Shown: positions 36,704 to 45,800 of the stretch, piece after piece | Layout of the letters: the number at the start of each line of letters is the position of its first letter | Position numbering within the stretch: position 1 is the stretch's first letter | Virus record (IMG/VR): IMGVR_UViG_3300025648_000015 | Coordinates: 1 to 64,000 of that record | DNA length: 64,000 nt | From: a virus | Direction: 5' to 3' (one strand) | Made by a program: the position numbers and the translations under genes | Notes under the pieces: model-generated | Database searches by the model: none | What the model saw: the letters and a program-made list of their open reading frames with translations, nothing else | What the model was told of the DNA's origin: nothing

Positions 36704-38959
36704 ATGCCTATCATCTTCGGTGTTATTGCTTCGGAGGAGTCTGGCCACTTACAGCCACAACCTCCATTTATCGATACCACCTCAGGTGCCGTAGTTATTT
36801 CAGGCGGAACAACTTCTGGTAGTAGTTCCACAGTCCAAGTCTATTTTACACCAAACCCTTATGGTCAAAGAGCAACTAATTATGCTATTACTGCTTTTAG
36901 TGGATCACCAATCGTTGCAGTTACCGGTACGACTGTTACCGGCACTACAAGCCCAATAACAATTACTTACCCATTTGCTCCTAATGGCCTTTATGAATTT
37001 AAAGGTTATGCACTTAATGCCAAAGGTGCTAGTTCTTATGGCAATCAGAGTAATCAAGTAGAACCTTTTGTTGCTACAGCTACGCCGTCTGGTTTATCTG
37101 TAAACACTTTATCTACATCTGGAGTACAATTCACATTCCTACCAGTATCTGGTTCTACAAGTTATTTGCTTTCTGCATATGGTTCGTACACAGACCCTAA
37201 TACACAAATAACAACTACCGATAGTGCTTCATTCACTCTTTCAGGGTCAGCAATGACATATCCAACGGTTACTGGTATTCTTAACCATGGTTATTTTGTA
37301 GGTATGACCTACGAATTTTATGTCCAATCACAAAACTTCGCTGGTACAAGTGCTAGTGGAGCAAACATACCTTTAACACCAAACCCATTTGGCTCACCAA
37401 AGGTGCCAGTATTTACTGCTACATTATCTGGATCTGTTAATGCTGGTATCAACATTGTTGTAACACCAGACACCAATACATTAGACAATTTGCCTACGGG
37501 TTACAATTATGCTGATAGCACTGGTGGTTTTAACAATAGCGTAAGTTATTCTGGAACAACATGGACATTGATCAATTCATCTAATCCAATTCTTCCAGTT
37601 AGTACAGTCAACGTTACTGCTAAAGCAAGATCACCATACCCAGATACTCCAGGTACCCCAGTGGTGTTTAAATTCCCACCACAGGCTTCTCCATCCGTTA
37701 TTTCAACAGTTACCGCATCTGGATCTGGATTTAATTCTTCAACTGCCAATGCAACAATTACAGTTAACTGGACACAACCAACTTTTAATACGCAATACAG
37801 TCAACCAACTAACTATAACGTAGTTCTTTCTGGTACAAATGGTGATGTTTATTCTGGTACAACTTCTTATGGCCTTAATAGCCTTGCTTTTAATAATAAC
37901 TATTATGTAAATACAAATTTCACTGCTACTGTTGTAGCTACTAACTCTGGTGGTAAAAGTCCTGTTGCAACTGCAGGCAGTGCTGTTCAACCTTACATAG
38001 TTGCTGTTCCAGGCGCTGTAACTGGAGTGACAGGCGGAGCAGCTGGAACCGCAGAGTTCGATTACCAATGGACTCCTCCAACCAGTGGTGGTCCATATTC
38101 AAATATACTTCTATACACTTCACCAGCAACTACTACTCAAACAGTACCTTCTGGTACAAGCCAAGCTTACTTTACTTATAATTTTGCACAAGGAACATCC
38201 TACACATTCTATGCTGCTCCATATAATGGAGCTGGTTACTCAGCACCAGTATCTTCAGTGACTGCAACACCTTATCCAGGCTTTGTACCAATAACAGTTT
38301 ACACTATTGGAGCTGGTGGTGGAGGTGGATGGTACACCGGAGGTGCTGCAGGAAACTTAGTTAATGGTGGATCAGCACAAGCAACAAAAGGACAAACTAT
38401 ATCATGCGTTATAGGAGCAGGTGGTAGTGCAACTGCTGTTTCAACTGCTACTGCTGGAACCGGTGGTAATAGTGGTGCAACTGATTACGGAGTTACTGTA
38501 TCCGTAATTGGCTTCGGTGGTAACGGTGGAGGACCTGGAACCACTAGCAATAGAGGAACTGGTGGTAGTAACAACTCATGGTCTGGTGGAACAGGTGTTG
38601 CTGGTGCTGGTGGTGGTGGTGCAGGATCTAATGGCAATGGTAGCGCAGGAGCTGGTACCACTGGTGGTAATGGTGGACCATCTACCCCTATTGGACCATT
38701 TGGAACTATGGGACCATATAACGTCGGTGGTGGTGGTGGTGGTCGAGGTACAGTTACTCAAGGTAATACTCCATCACAATATCTACCAGGAACTGGTGGT
38801 TTCTCAGAAAACGTTGGACAATCTGGTTATGTAGCCATACGATGGGCAATTGCTGATTACCCAGGCACTCCAACCATCGTAGGAAGCCACGCACAGTCTA
38901 CTGATGGAGTATACAACTATGCAGAATGGACCAGCACTGGTTCAATTACTTTTAACTAA
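36704..38959 (+). CDS. Fibronectin type III repeat protein with glycine-rich C-terminal domain
   Basis: Repeated FN3-like patterns (VNWTQP, YQWTPP, Y.F.V.A.N..G.S), then IGAGGGGG...GQSGYVAIRW...WTSTGSITF. Confidence 0.8.
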   Translation: MPIIFGVIASEESGHLQPQPPFIDTTSGAVVISGGTTSGSSSTVQVYFTPNPYGQRATNYAITAFSGSPIVAVTGTTVTGTTSPITITYPFAPNGLYEFKGYALNAKGASSYGNQSNQVEPFVATATPSGLSVNTLSTSGVQFTFLPVSGSTSYLLSAYGSYTDPNTQITTTDSASFTLSGSAMTYPTVTGILNHGYFVGMTYEFYVQSQNFAGTSASGANIPLTPNPFGSPKVPVFTATLSGSVNAGINIVVTPDTNTLDNLPTGYNYADSTGGFNNSVSYSGTTWTLINSSNPILPVSTVNVTAKARSPYPDTPGTPVVFKFPPQASPSVISTVTASGSGFNSSTANATITVNWTQPTFNTQYSQPTNYNVVLSGTNGDVYSGTTSYGLNSLAFNNNYYVNTNFTATVVATNSGGKSPVATAGSAVQPYIVAVPGAVTGVTGGAAGTAEFDYQWTPPTSGGPYSNILLYTSPATTTQTVPSGTSQAYFTYNFAQGTSYTFYAAPYNGAGYSAPVSSVTATPYPGFVPITVYTIGAGGGGGWYTGGAAGNLVNGGSAQATKGQTISCVIGAGGSATAVSTATAGTGGNSGATDYGVTVSVIGFGGNGGGPGTTSNRGTGGSNNSWSGGTGVAGAGGGGAGSNGNGSAGAGTTGGNGGPSTPIGPFGTMGPYNVGGGGGGRGTVTQGNTPSQYLPGTGGFSENVGQSGYVAIRWAIADYPGTPTIVGSHAQSTDGVYNYAEWTSTGSITFN

Positions 38960-38967
38960 GGAAAAAT

Positions 38968-39834
38968 ATGAGAGTACGCCCCTTTCCACAATATGCAGTA
39001 GAGCCAGTAGGCATTATGACCTACTCACAAGGTGTTCTTACTGACCCTGACAATCAAAACGTTACGCTTAGCATTGTCAATTCTGATAACGGTACGGTTA
39101 TTGTTCCTGCAGGAACTACTGCTACATACGAAAGCACAGGAACTTACCAATATACGTTGACTGCTAATCAATCATCAATCCAAGGCAATTACAATGTTAC
39201 TTGGAATTACACAATTAGTGGATCACCAAGAGTATATACAGATAGTATTGTTATTACTGATCAGATGCCATATTGGAGCAACCTTAGCTACGATGAACGT
39301 CAAATGGTTACTGGGATTGTTCATAGGTTAGACAAGAGTTTTGACTCCACTGCTGGCGGACCTTACTTACAAGAACTTAATCAAAGTGGTTTTATCATGT
39401 ATGAAGAAGTTGCAATGATCATGCAAGATGAAGCAATTGACTACATTAACTACGAGTTTCAACCTATCTTTAGCCCAGCTTATGAAATTGGTTTAAATGC
39501 TCAAGTCCCATTCCCAAGCACTTATTACGGTGTACTAGCTAGCCAGACTTATGCTCACTTCTTAAAGCACATTGCTCGTAACTATATTGAACAACCTTCA
39601 CCACAAGGTATGAACGCTGCTTGGATGGATCGTAGAGATTACTACCAGAGATGGTGGCAATTGTACTTATTTGATAAAGAAATTGCTGACAAGCAACTAC
39701 GTCAAATGAAGCGTCAGTTCATGGTTGGTTCACGCAGAAGTCTCTTGGTTGCTGGTGGTCTTATCCCACGAATGTTTGTCAACCCAGCACGTCCTCACTT
39801 CCAATACGCTGCAGCTAACATGGGTGGAGCATAA
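38968..39834 (+). CDS. Head-tail adaptor/neck protein (putative)
   Basis: Ig-like N-terminus plus helical C-terminus; first gene of the neck-tail block. Confidence 0.55.
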   Translation: MRVRPFPQYAVEPVGIMTYSQGVLTDPDNQNVTLSIVNSDNGTVIVPAGTTATYESTGTYQYTLTANQSSIQGNYNVTWNYTISGSPRVYTDSIVITDQMPYWSNLSYDERQMVTGIVHRLDKSFDSTAGGPYLQELNQSGFIMYEEVAMIMQDEAIDYINYEFQPIFSPAYEIGLNAQVPFPSTYYGVLASQTYAHFLKHIARNYIEQPSPQGMNAAWMDRRDYYQRWWQLYLFDKEIADKQLRQMKRQFMVGSRRSLLVAGGLIPRMFVNPARPHFQYAAANMGGA

Positions 39835-39837
39835 TAA

Positions 39838-40524
39838 ATGTCTGGTATTGATCCACAGCCAGGGCCGGTTGTACCCGGTGCCGGTGGACTATCCACCCAG
39901 CAAGAAAGCCCTCTTCTCGTTGTAAAACAACGTGAAATATGGGCTCAGACTGACCAGCAACGTTTCCACGATGAAGCTTTGCAATGGTATGGAGAAGAAG
40001 TTATTGTACGTCAACTTTGGCGTGCAGAAGATGCTGCTCTTGGACTTGTAGGATACTGTCAACAATGCCAAGATAGCCCAAACCCATCACAACCTAATGC
40101 TGCTGTCCAATCACGAGTTAGCAAAGTATACCGTCAAACGGGTAATAGTTACTGTGGGACTTGTTATGGAACAACATTCAGTGGTGGATTTAAACCAACT
40201 TGTTATCACTTATATATGCTAGCTGCTGACACACCTCAAATTCGTATGAATCTAAGCACTGGTCAATTTTGGAAAGATAATCCAACTGTTCAGTTCAGCT
40301 GGTATCCAGAAATTAGAACTGGTGACTTAGTTGTTCGTGTAAACGAATGGTACGAAGAAACGCCAACATCGCTTGGAGATAGATTTCAAGTTAGTGCCGT
40401 AAGCCCACAAAGCATCCGCACTGGCCCAGGAACAAGTTATAGCCCAAGTGTTTATGTTAACCAAACTTGTACTTTAGAAAACGTATTCCCAAGTGCTCCA
40501 TACTACAATGTACCGGTGATTTAA
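39838..40524 (+). CDS. Head-closure/neck protein with Zn finger (putative)
   Basis: CQQC...CGTCYGTTFSGGF; GDLVVR. Confidence 0.55.
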   Translation: MSGIDPQPGPVVPGAGGLSTQQESPLLVVKQREIWAQTDQQRFHDEALQWYGEEVIVRQLWRAEDAALGLVGYCQQCQDSPNPSQPNAAVQSRVSKVYRQTGNSYCGTCYGTTFSGGFKPTCYHLYMLAADTPQIRMNLSTGQFWKDNPTVQFSWYPEIRTGDLVVRVNEWYEETPTSLGDRFQVSAVSPQSIRTGPGTSYSPSVYVNQTCTLENVFPSAPYYNVPVI

Positions 40525-41045
40525 TGTACGAAGGAATAGCAGCACCAGATGCATTGACACAACGTTTAGCTAGACGTGCAGTCGAGATTGCTCAAGTCAT
40601 TGGACCACGTAAAAGTGGTAAAGCACTAAACAGTTTGATCCCTTTTTATCAAACTGGTGTAATAGGTATTGAAGTTCCTGATGAAGTAGCTTATCTAATG
40701 GATCTAGACCAAGGTATTAAAGCTCACGCAATGGTTGATTTATCAGGAAGAGTTATACCAATTAGGAACACAGACGGAACTATTTCTTTTAGACGAGCTG
40801 GCGCTAACCAAATTGGCAATATCCCTATTATTACTAGATTAGCTAAAGATGGAAGAATTAAAGAAAGCAAGCCTGAATGGGTATATCCTAAGAAGCCTGC
40901 ATTGAAGGTATTAGAAAATTCATTAAACGCAAGCGTTGAAGAATGGAAAAGAACTGTTACTTCTAAAGAAGTATTAAATCTTTTGATGCAGACTGATGCA
41001 AAAGACGATTTAGGAGAAATCTTTTACGGAAAGAATATGATATAA
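40524..41045 (+). CDS. Neck/tail-completion protein (putative)
   Basis: PRKSGKALNSL resembles the HK97 gp10-like pattern; TAATG overlap gives the start at 40524. Confidence 0.5.
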   Translation: MYEGIAAPDALTQRLARRAVEIAQVIGPRKSGKALNSLIPFYQTGVIGIEVPDEVAYLMDLDQGIKAHAMVDLSGRVIPIRNTDGTISFRRAGANQIGNIPIITRLAKDGRIKESKPEWVYPKKPALKVLENSLNASVEEWKRTVTSKEVLNLLMQTDAKDDLGEIFYGKNMI

Positions 41046-41046
41046 A

Positions 41047-41709
41047 ATGTTTACTACAGCCGTAAAAACCGCAATCGTTGAAGCACTTCAAGCCGGGTTC
41101 TCAGCTCTAGCATCTGCTCCAATTGATACTAGCCTCGATCTGGTTCCAAACAGCGTAACAATTGAGTATCCACTCGAACTAGTTGCATGGCCAGCAGTCT
41201 TTGTGCAGTTCAGACCAAGTAAAATTCAATGGTCAGGTCTTAACCCAGACATTTATACAGCTGCTTCAGGCGGTATAGTTATTAGTGGTACAACTTATTC
41301 TGGAACTCAAAGTTCAAGAACAGGCTACTTTGAAGGTAGCATAGATTTACAAATTATGGCTATGCACAGCGAAGAGCGAGACCGCCTATACGATAGCGTT
41401 GCTAATTTGATCCTTATGGGTCAGGGTAGCCCAGCTAGCACAGCGTTTTTTAATAGCATTGTTAACAACAATTTGCTGGGTATGACCTTACTTTTGGATA
41501 CTTTTACCCCATTAGGTGACAGCGTTAGCGTTGGGACCCCATGGAGTCCAGAAGAATTGACTTATGAGGCTAGCATAAGAGTCCAATGTATAGGTGACTT
41601 TTATGAGAATAAGTACAACTACGTACTACCTGAATTCACAATTGTTACCGCTAGCGGAACTATGGTTGCTAACCCTTATTCTACACCAAATGAAACAAAT
41701 ACCTTATAA
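41047..41709 (+). CDS. Tail terminator (putative)
   Basis: EYPLE..WPAVFV, DLQIMA..SEERDRL; immediately before the sheath gene. Confidence 0.6.
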   Translation: MFTTAVKTAIVEALQAGFSALASAPIDTSLDLVPNSVTIEYPLELVAWPAVFVQFRPSKIQWSGLNPDIYTAASGGIVISGTTYSGTQSSRTGYFEGSIDLQIMAMHSEERDRLYDSVANLILMGQGSPASTAFFNSIVNNNLLGMTLLLDTFTPLGDSVSVGTPWSPEELTYEASIRVQCIGDFYENKYNYVLPEFTIVTASGTMVANPYSTPNETNTL

Positions 41710-41774
41710 TAAAACTGGTAAAAGAAATACTGTAAAACAATCGCGATTATGCATAAGGCATTGAAGGAGAATGT

Positions 41775-43322
41775 ATGCCCATTTCCAACTATCAGATTCC
41801 AGGTGTTTATGTCACGCAGTCTGGCACATCGCTGACAGCTATAAACCCTACAAATCTTAATATTCTATTGCTTGCTGACCAGCCTGTCGCTGGTAGCAAT
41901 ACTGACACGTTCTATAACATCACTGCTACATCCGGTGTAACAATCGGTCAACTTACTACCCCTATGGTCAACACGACTTCAACGGGTACTTACACTTCTT
42001 TCTCTGGTTACACTGTAACTTGGGTTAGTGGTAGCACAACTGTTACTGGTACTTACGGTGTTAACTTTACTGTCAGCACCGCCAGTGGTCAGCCTTTTAG
42101 TGCTATAACTACAGTTGGAACCACAACTGGCGTTGGACTTCCAAGTGGAACTGTTTCTGTTACATACGGTCACAACTGGGCAGCATACGGAACTTATTAC
42201 GATTTTAATACACTCACCAACACAATTGGTGCTGCTATCAGTGGAACAACAATTAATAATCCAGCTGTGCTTGCTGCACAATTTGCATTCCAAAATGGTG
42301 CAAATGTTGTACAAGTTCTTCCTGTAGCTCGTATTTCATCAAGCGGACAAAGTGCTGCTACTACTACCGACTGGAACCGTGCACTTGCAACTAACGGTAC
42401 AGGTAGTGACCCAACATACCTTTCATCATTCGCTGGCGTAGACGTAATTGTCCCACTCTATGGTTTTGTTACCAATGGGCAAGTTACTGCTTACGCAAAC
42501 GGTACGGTTGCTAGCACATTGGCTGCGTACCTTACTAGCCAAAATAGCAATGGTAATTACCAGCGTGCCTTCCTTGGTTTTGATGGAACCTCTAACCAGA
42601 TCACTACTTCAGGTGTGCAATCATTTGTTGGTGGAATTGGTGCAAGCAATGCAGGTACACGAGTCAGTGTTGTATTCCCAGGTTCTATTAACTACAACCC
42701 AGGATTGAATACTAATACTGGACTTACCAACGTTAACTTCAATATCCCTGGTTACTACCTTGCTGCTGCAATCGCTGGTACTTTTGTAGGACAGACTCAA
42801 GTTAGCACCCCTATTACAAATAAGATTGTTTATGGATTTAATTACATCCCTAACCAAATTAGCCTTACGGACGCAGCTACTAACTATCTACCTTATGGTG
42901 TTACTACAGTTTACCAAAAGCGTGACGGTAACCTCTGGATTCTACAGGGTCTTACAACTAATGTAAATAACTGGTTGACACAAGAAATATCAATCAATGC
43001 TGTTGGTGACCGCTTAGCTAACAACGTTCGACGTGACTTGGTCAATAGTGCACTTATTGGTGGTCCTTTGACACAGATTACTACTGGTGCTGCGCTTTCA
43101 ACAGTGCAAGGTACTTTGATCAATGCAAAGGCATCTGGACTTATCCAAAGTTACCAGAATATTAATTACACAGTTAACCCATCTAACCCAACGACTGTAA
43201 ATATTACTTTCCAATATTCTCCGACGTATCCGATTAATTACATCCAGACTACTTTGAGCCTAAATACTCAAACTGGTACCGTAATTACGAATAATACTCA
43301 GAGCAATCTTGTAGTCTACTAG
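41775..43322 (+). CDS. Tail sheath protein
   Basis: YQIPGVY N-terminus, YYLAAAIAG, EISI, V.ITFQYSPTYPINYI C-terminus; AAGGAG RBS. Confidence 0.9.
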   Translation: MPISNYQIPGVYVTQSGTSLTAINPTNLNILLLADQPVAGSNTDTFYNITATSGVTIGQLTTPMVNTTSTGTYTSFSGYTVTWVSGSTTVTGTYGVNFTVSTASGQPFSAITTVGTTTGVGLPSGTVSVTYGHNWAAYGTYYDFNTLTNTIGAAISGTTINNPAVLAAQFAFQNGANVVQVLPVARISSSGQSAATTTDWNRALATNGTGSDPTYLSSFAGVDVIVPLYGFVTNGQVTAYANGTVASTLAAYLTSQNSNGNYQRAFLGFDGTSNQITTSGVQSFVGGIGASNAGTRVSVVFPGSINYNPGLNTNTGLTNVNFNIPGYYLAAAIAGTFVGQTQVSTPITNKIVYGFNYIPNQISLTDAATNYLPYGVTTVYQKRDGNLWILQGLTTNVNNWLTQEISINAVGDRLANNVRRDLVNSALIGGPLTQITTGAALSTVQGTLINAKASGLIQSYQNINYTVNPSNPTTVNITFQYSPTYPINYIQTTLSLNTQTGTVITNNTQSNLVVY

Positions 43323-43334
43323 GAGCAATAAAAA

Positions 43335-43811
43335 ATGGCAACTTCACTATTTCGCGTAGGTGGACACTATACTGCGTTCACCTACAATGGACAGGCACTA
43401 GCCTATGCTCAGGTTATCAATGAGCGAGGCCCACAGCCTGTAGCACAACCACAGCCTATCCAACCTTTGGATAACGCTTACCCAATTGAGATTGCTTTGC
43501 CTGCTGCTTTGAATGCAGGATATCTCGAAATCACATTCCTAGAACAATGGAATGCTGAAGTATGGGCACAATTGGGTGCAAACTTTGCTAATGCAGCTGA
43601 CCTCCTTGACGTGTTCAAGGCTCAACTTGCTCAAGGCGAAGTCCAGTGCATAAAAGTCATCAATAAGCCAGACGGTACCCAGCGTAGAATTACTTACACT
43701 GGTTGTGTCGTAGTTAACGTCACAGTTGATGAATTAATCCAAATTGGAACAATGACTATTCCCAAGACGATTACAATCATGTACCGTCAAAGAACCGAAA
43801 CTCTAAATTAA
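43335..43811 (+). CDS. Tail tube protein
   Basis: 158 aa directly after the sheath; R.ITYTGCVV. Confidence 0.8.
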   Translation: MATSLFRVGGHYTAFTYNGQALAYAQVINERGPQPVAQPQPIQPLDNAYPIEIALPAALNAGYLEITFLEQWNAEVWAQLGANFANAADLLDVFKAQLAQGEVQCIKVINKPDGTQRRITYTGCVVVNVTVDELIQIGTMTIPKTITIMYRQRTETLN

Positions 43812-43828
43812 GAAAGGCATGAAATAAA

Positions 43829-44812
43829 ATGTCCGTACGTTCATATGTAATTCAATTGCAGGCAGGAGTGGGTCAAGCCATTCTTCCTGATCACCGTAAG
43901 ATGGTCCCAGGTGTACAATACGTGGTAGATGCTGATACGTTCTCAAAGATTAGCCTAGGTGCTCGTCAGAATGTTATCAAAGTTGTCACTGTTAACACTG
44001 ACCTTACCACTGCTAGTGGTGGTTTTGTACCTGCCCAAGTATCAAATGGTGTAAATACCCAGTTGTTTGGTGGAAATGGTCCACTCAGCCTCCTCGGTAC
44101 TGTAAGCAACACTCTTAGCACATTCAGCATTGCTGGTTTTGCTGCTCAAGGAGCTGCTGCTGGTGGAACCACTGGTGCTGGTGCTGGTATTGGAACACCA
44201 CAAGACACACTACTAGGATCTTTCCAACCTTACTCACTAACTGGTCCTGATGGTGCTCGTTACCAACTCGTTTATAATGGAACTGCTACTACCATTTCAG
44301 GTGGTTGGGCAACGGTATGGCAAGACGAAAGCAATGGTTACGTATCAACTGCTTCTGGTATCACATACCAAGTCAAGCAAGATGGTCAAGGCGTTTCATA
44401 TGTTATTAGCGCCAATACAACTCTTAGCGGTGTAAACGGAAACGTTACTACTGTTGGTACTAAGCAAGGTGCTTTCTCAGGTGTTGCACTTGTTAACATT
44501 CCTGCTGGTTACTTTGGTTTCACTCAAATCGAAGGTATTTGCCCATCAGTTGCTGTCGTTAGCGGTACTGCCGTTGGAACTGCAGTTGGTGTTGTAGCAA
44601 CTAGCAACGCTGGTTACCTTGGAGTTCCTGCTTCAACTACCACAGCTGTTAGCTCACTTGGTGTTGTAACTGGTAGCCCACTTGCTAATAACATTGCTGG
44701 TACAACGCTTACTACTCCTGCTTCAGGTACTAACGGTCAGTTTTTTGCTCAAGTTGAACTCCGTAGCCGCAGAAGCAAGAAGCCTTACAACCGCTTCCTT
44801 AACAAAAACTAA
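43829..44812 (+). CDS. Virion protein (Gly/Thr-rich, decoration-like C-terminal domain)
   Basis: GYFGFTQIEG segment; basic C-terminal tail. Confidence 0.5.
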   Translation: MSVRSYVIQLQAGVGQAILPDHRKMVPGVQYVVDADTFSKISLGARQNVIKVVTVNTDLTTASGGFVPAQVSNGVNTQLFGGNGPLSLLGTVSNTLSTFSIAGFAAQGAAAGGTTGAGAGIGTPQDTLLGSFQPYSLTGPDGARYQLVYNGTATTISGGWATVWQDESNGYVSTASGITYQVKQDGQGVSYVISANTTLSGVNGNVTTVGTKQGAFSGVALVNIPAGYFGFTQIEGICPSVAVVSGTAVGTAVGVVATSNAGYLGVPASTTTAVSSLGVVTGSPLANNIAGTTLTTPASGTNGQFFAQVELRSRRSKKPYNRFLNKN

Positions 44813-44862
44813 TTAAGCTAATGTGGTAGGCTTTGAATAGAAGCCCTAGATCCAAAGGAAAC

Positions 44863-45390
44863 ATGACAACGAAGAATGGAATCGGATGGGGGAGTGAAGA
44901 CCTCCCCCAGACCGAAACAAGTAAGAACATCGATAGCTTTCCAGAAGAATGGAAAGATGATTTCGAAGGCCTGCTCTTTTTAGGTTATTTACAACGTGAA
45001 GTCACAAAAGTGCCTTTCCACAAGTTTGTGGTTAGAACATTGACTATTAACGAAAAGCTAGAAATTAGTCTATTGACAAAGCCGTACCTAGATACTGTTG
45101 GGTACGCTCGTTCTTACAAATCTGCTATCGTTGCTGCCGGATTGGTTAGTGTTGATGGTAGGGATCTAATCCCTGGTAATAAAAATATTAACGTAGTTAG
45201 ACAAAAGTATGATTACGTAGTCAATAATTGGTATGATACTATTATTGATATTCTTTACGAAGAAATTGATTCTCTTGAAAACCGTGTAATTATGGTATTG
45301 CAAGAACTCGGTATTATTGAACCAGTTGTCCCTTTTGATATCTTTGAAAAGGTAGAAGAGGAACTGGATATCCCAAAAGATGGGAAGTAG
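44863..45390 (+). CDS. Tail assembly chaperone (G-like)
   Basis: AAGGA RBS at ATG 44863; ends with slippery C CCA AAA. Confidence 0.75.
   Translation: MTTKNGIGWGSEDLPQTETSKNIDSFPEEWKDDFEGLLFLGYLQREVTKVPFHKFVVRTLTINEKLEISLLTKPYLDTVGYARSYKSAIVAAGLVSVDGRDLIPGNKNINVVRQKYDYVVNNWYDTIIDILYEEIDSLENRVIMVLQELGIIEPVVPFDIFEKVEEELDIPKDGK
45372..45378 (+). promoter_or_regulatory. -1 programmed ribosomal frameshift site CCCAAAA
   Basis: X XXY YYZ in the zero frame; the -1 frame (CCC AAA AGA TGG GAA GTA GAT CCG TAT GTG) reads straight into the 45399 ORF. Confidence 0.85.
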
Positions 45391-45398
45391 ATCCGTAT

Positions 45399-45800
45399 GT
45401 GATCGAGAATAGTGAGATTGCCAATCTTACTGGTGTTTTTACCAGAGGCAACCTCAATGTAGTACAACAACAAATCCTTGTAACGCATACTATCCGTAAA
45501 CGTAGACAAGAAAATGAGTTAGAAGAACTTCGTTTTGAACAGAATCTGTTTATAAACAACCCAGAGTTCCATAGCATTTACATGAAGAAAAAACAAGAAG
45601 AGGAAGAGATGGGCGATGTCGTCTGGCTTACTCCTCAAAGTATTGAAGAACAACGTGAGCTCGATAAGGTATTCGCAGAAATGGCAAAACCTCAACAAAG
45701 AACACCTGAAGAAATCGCCGCTGACGCAGCTTTTGTCGAACAAATGACTTTAAACAACCCATTTGATGGCATAGATATAGACGAGATAGGAGGTGATTAA
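45399..45800 (+). CDS. Tail assembly chaperone, frameshifted C-terminal part (T of G-T)
   Basis: In the -1 frame of the upstream gene; precedes the tape measure gene. Confidence 0.75.
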   Translation: MIENSEIANLTGVFTRGNLNVVQQQILVTHTIRKRRQENELEELRFEQNLFINNPEFHSIYMKKKQEEEEMGDVVWLTPQSIEEQRELDKVFAEMAKPQQRTPEEIAADAAFVEQMTLNNPFDGIDIDEIGGD

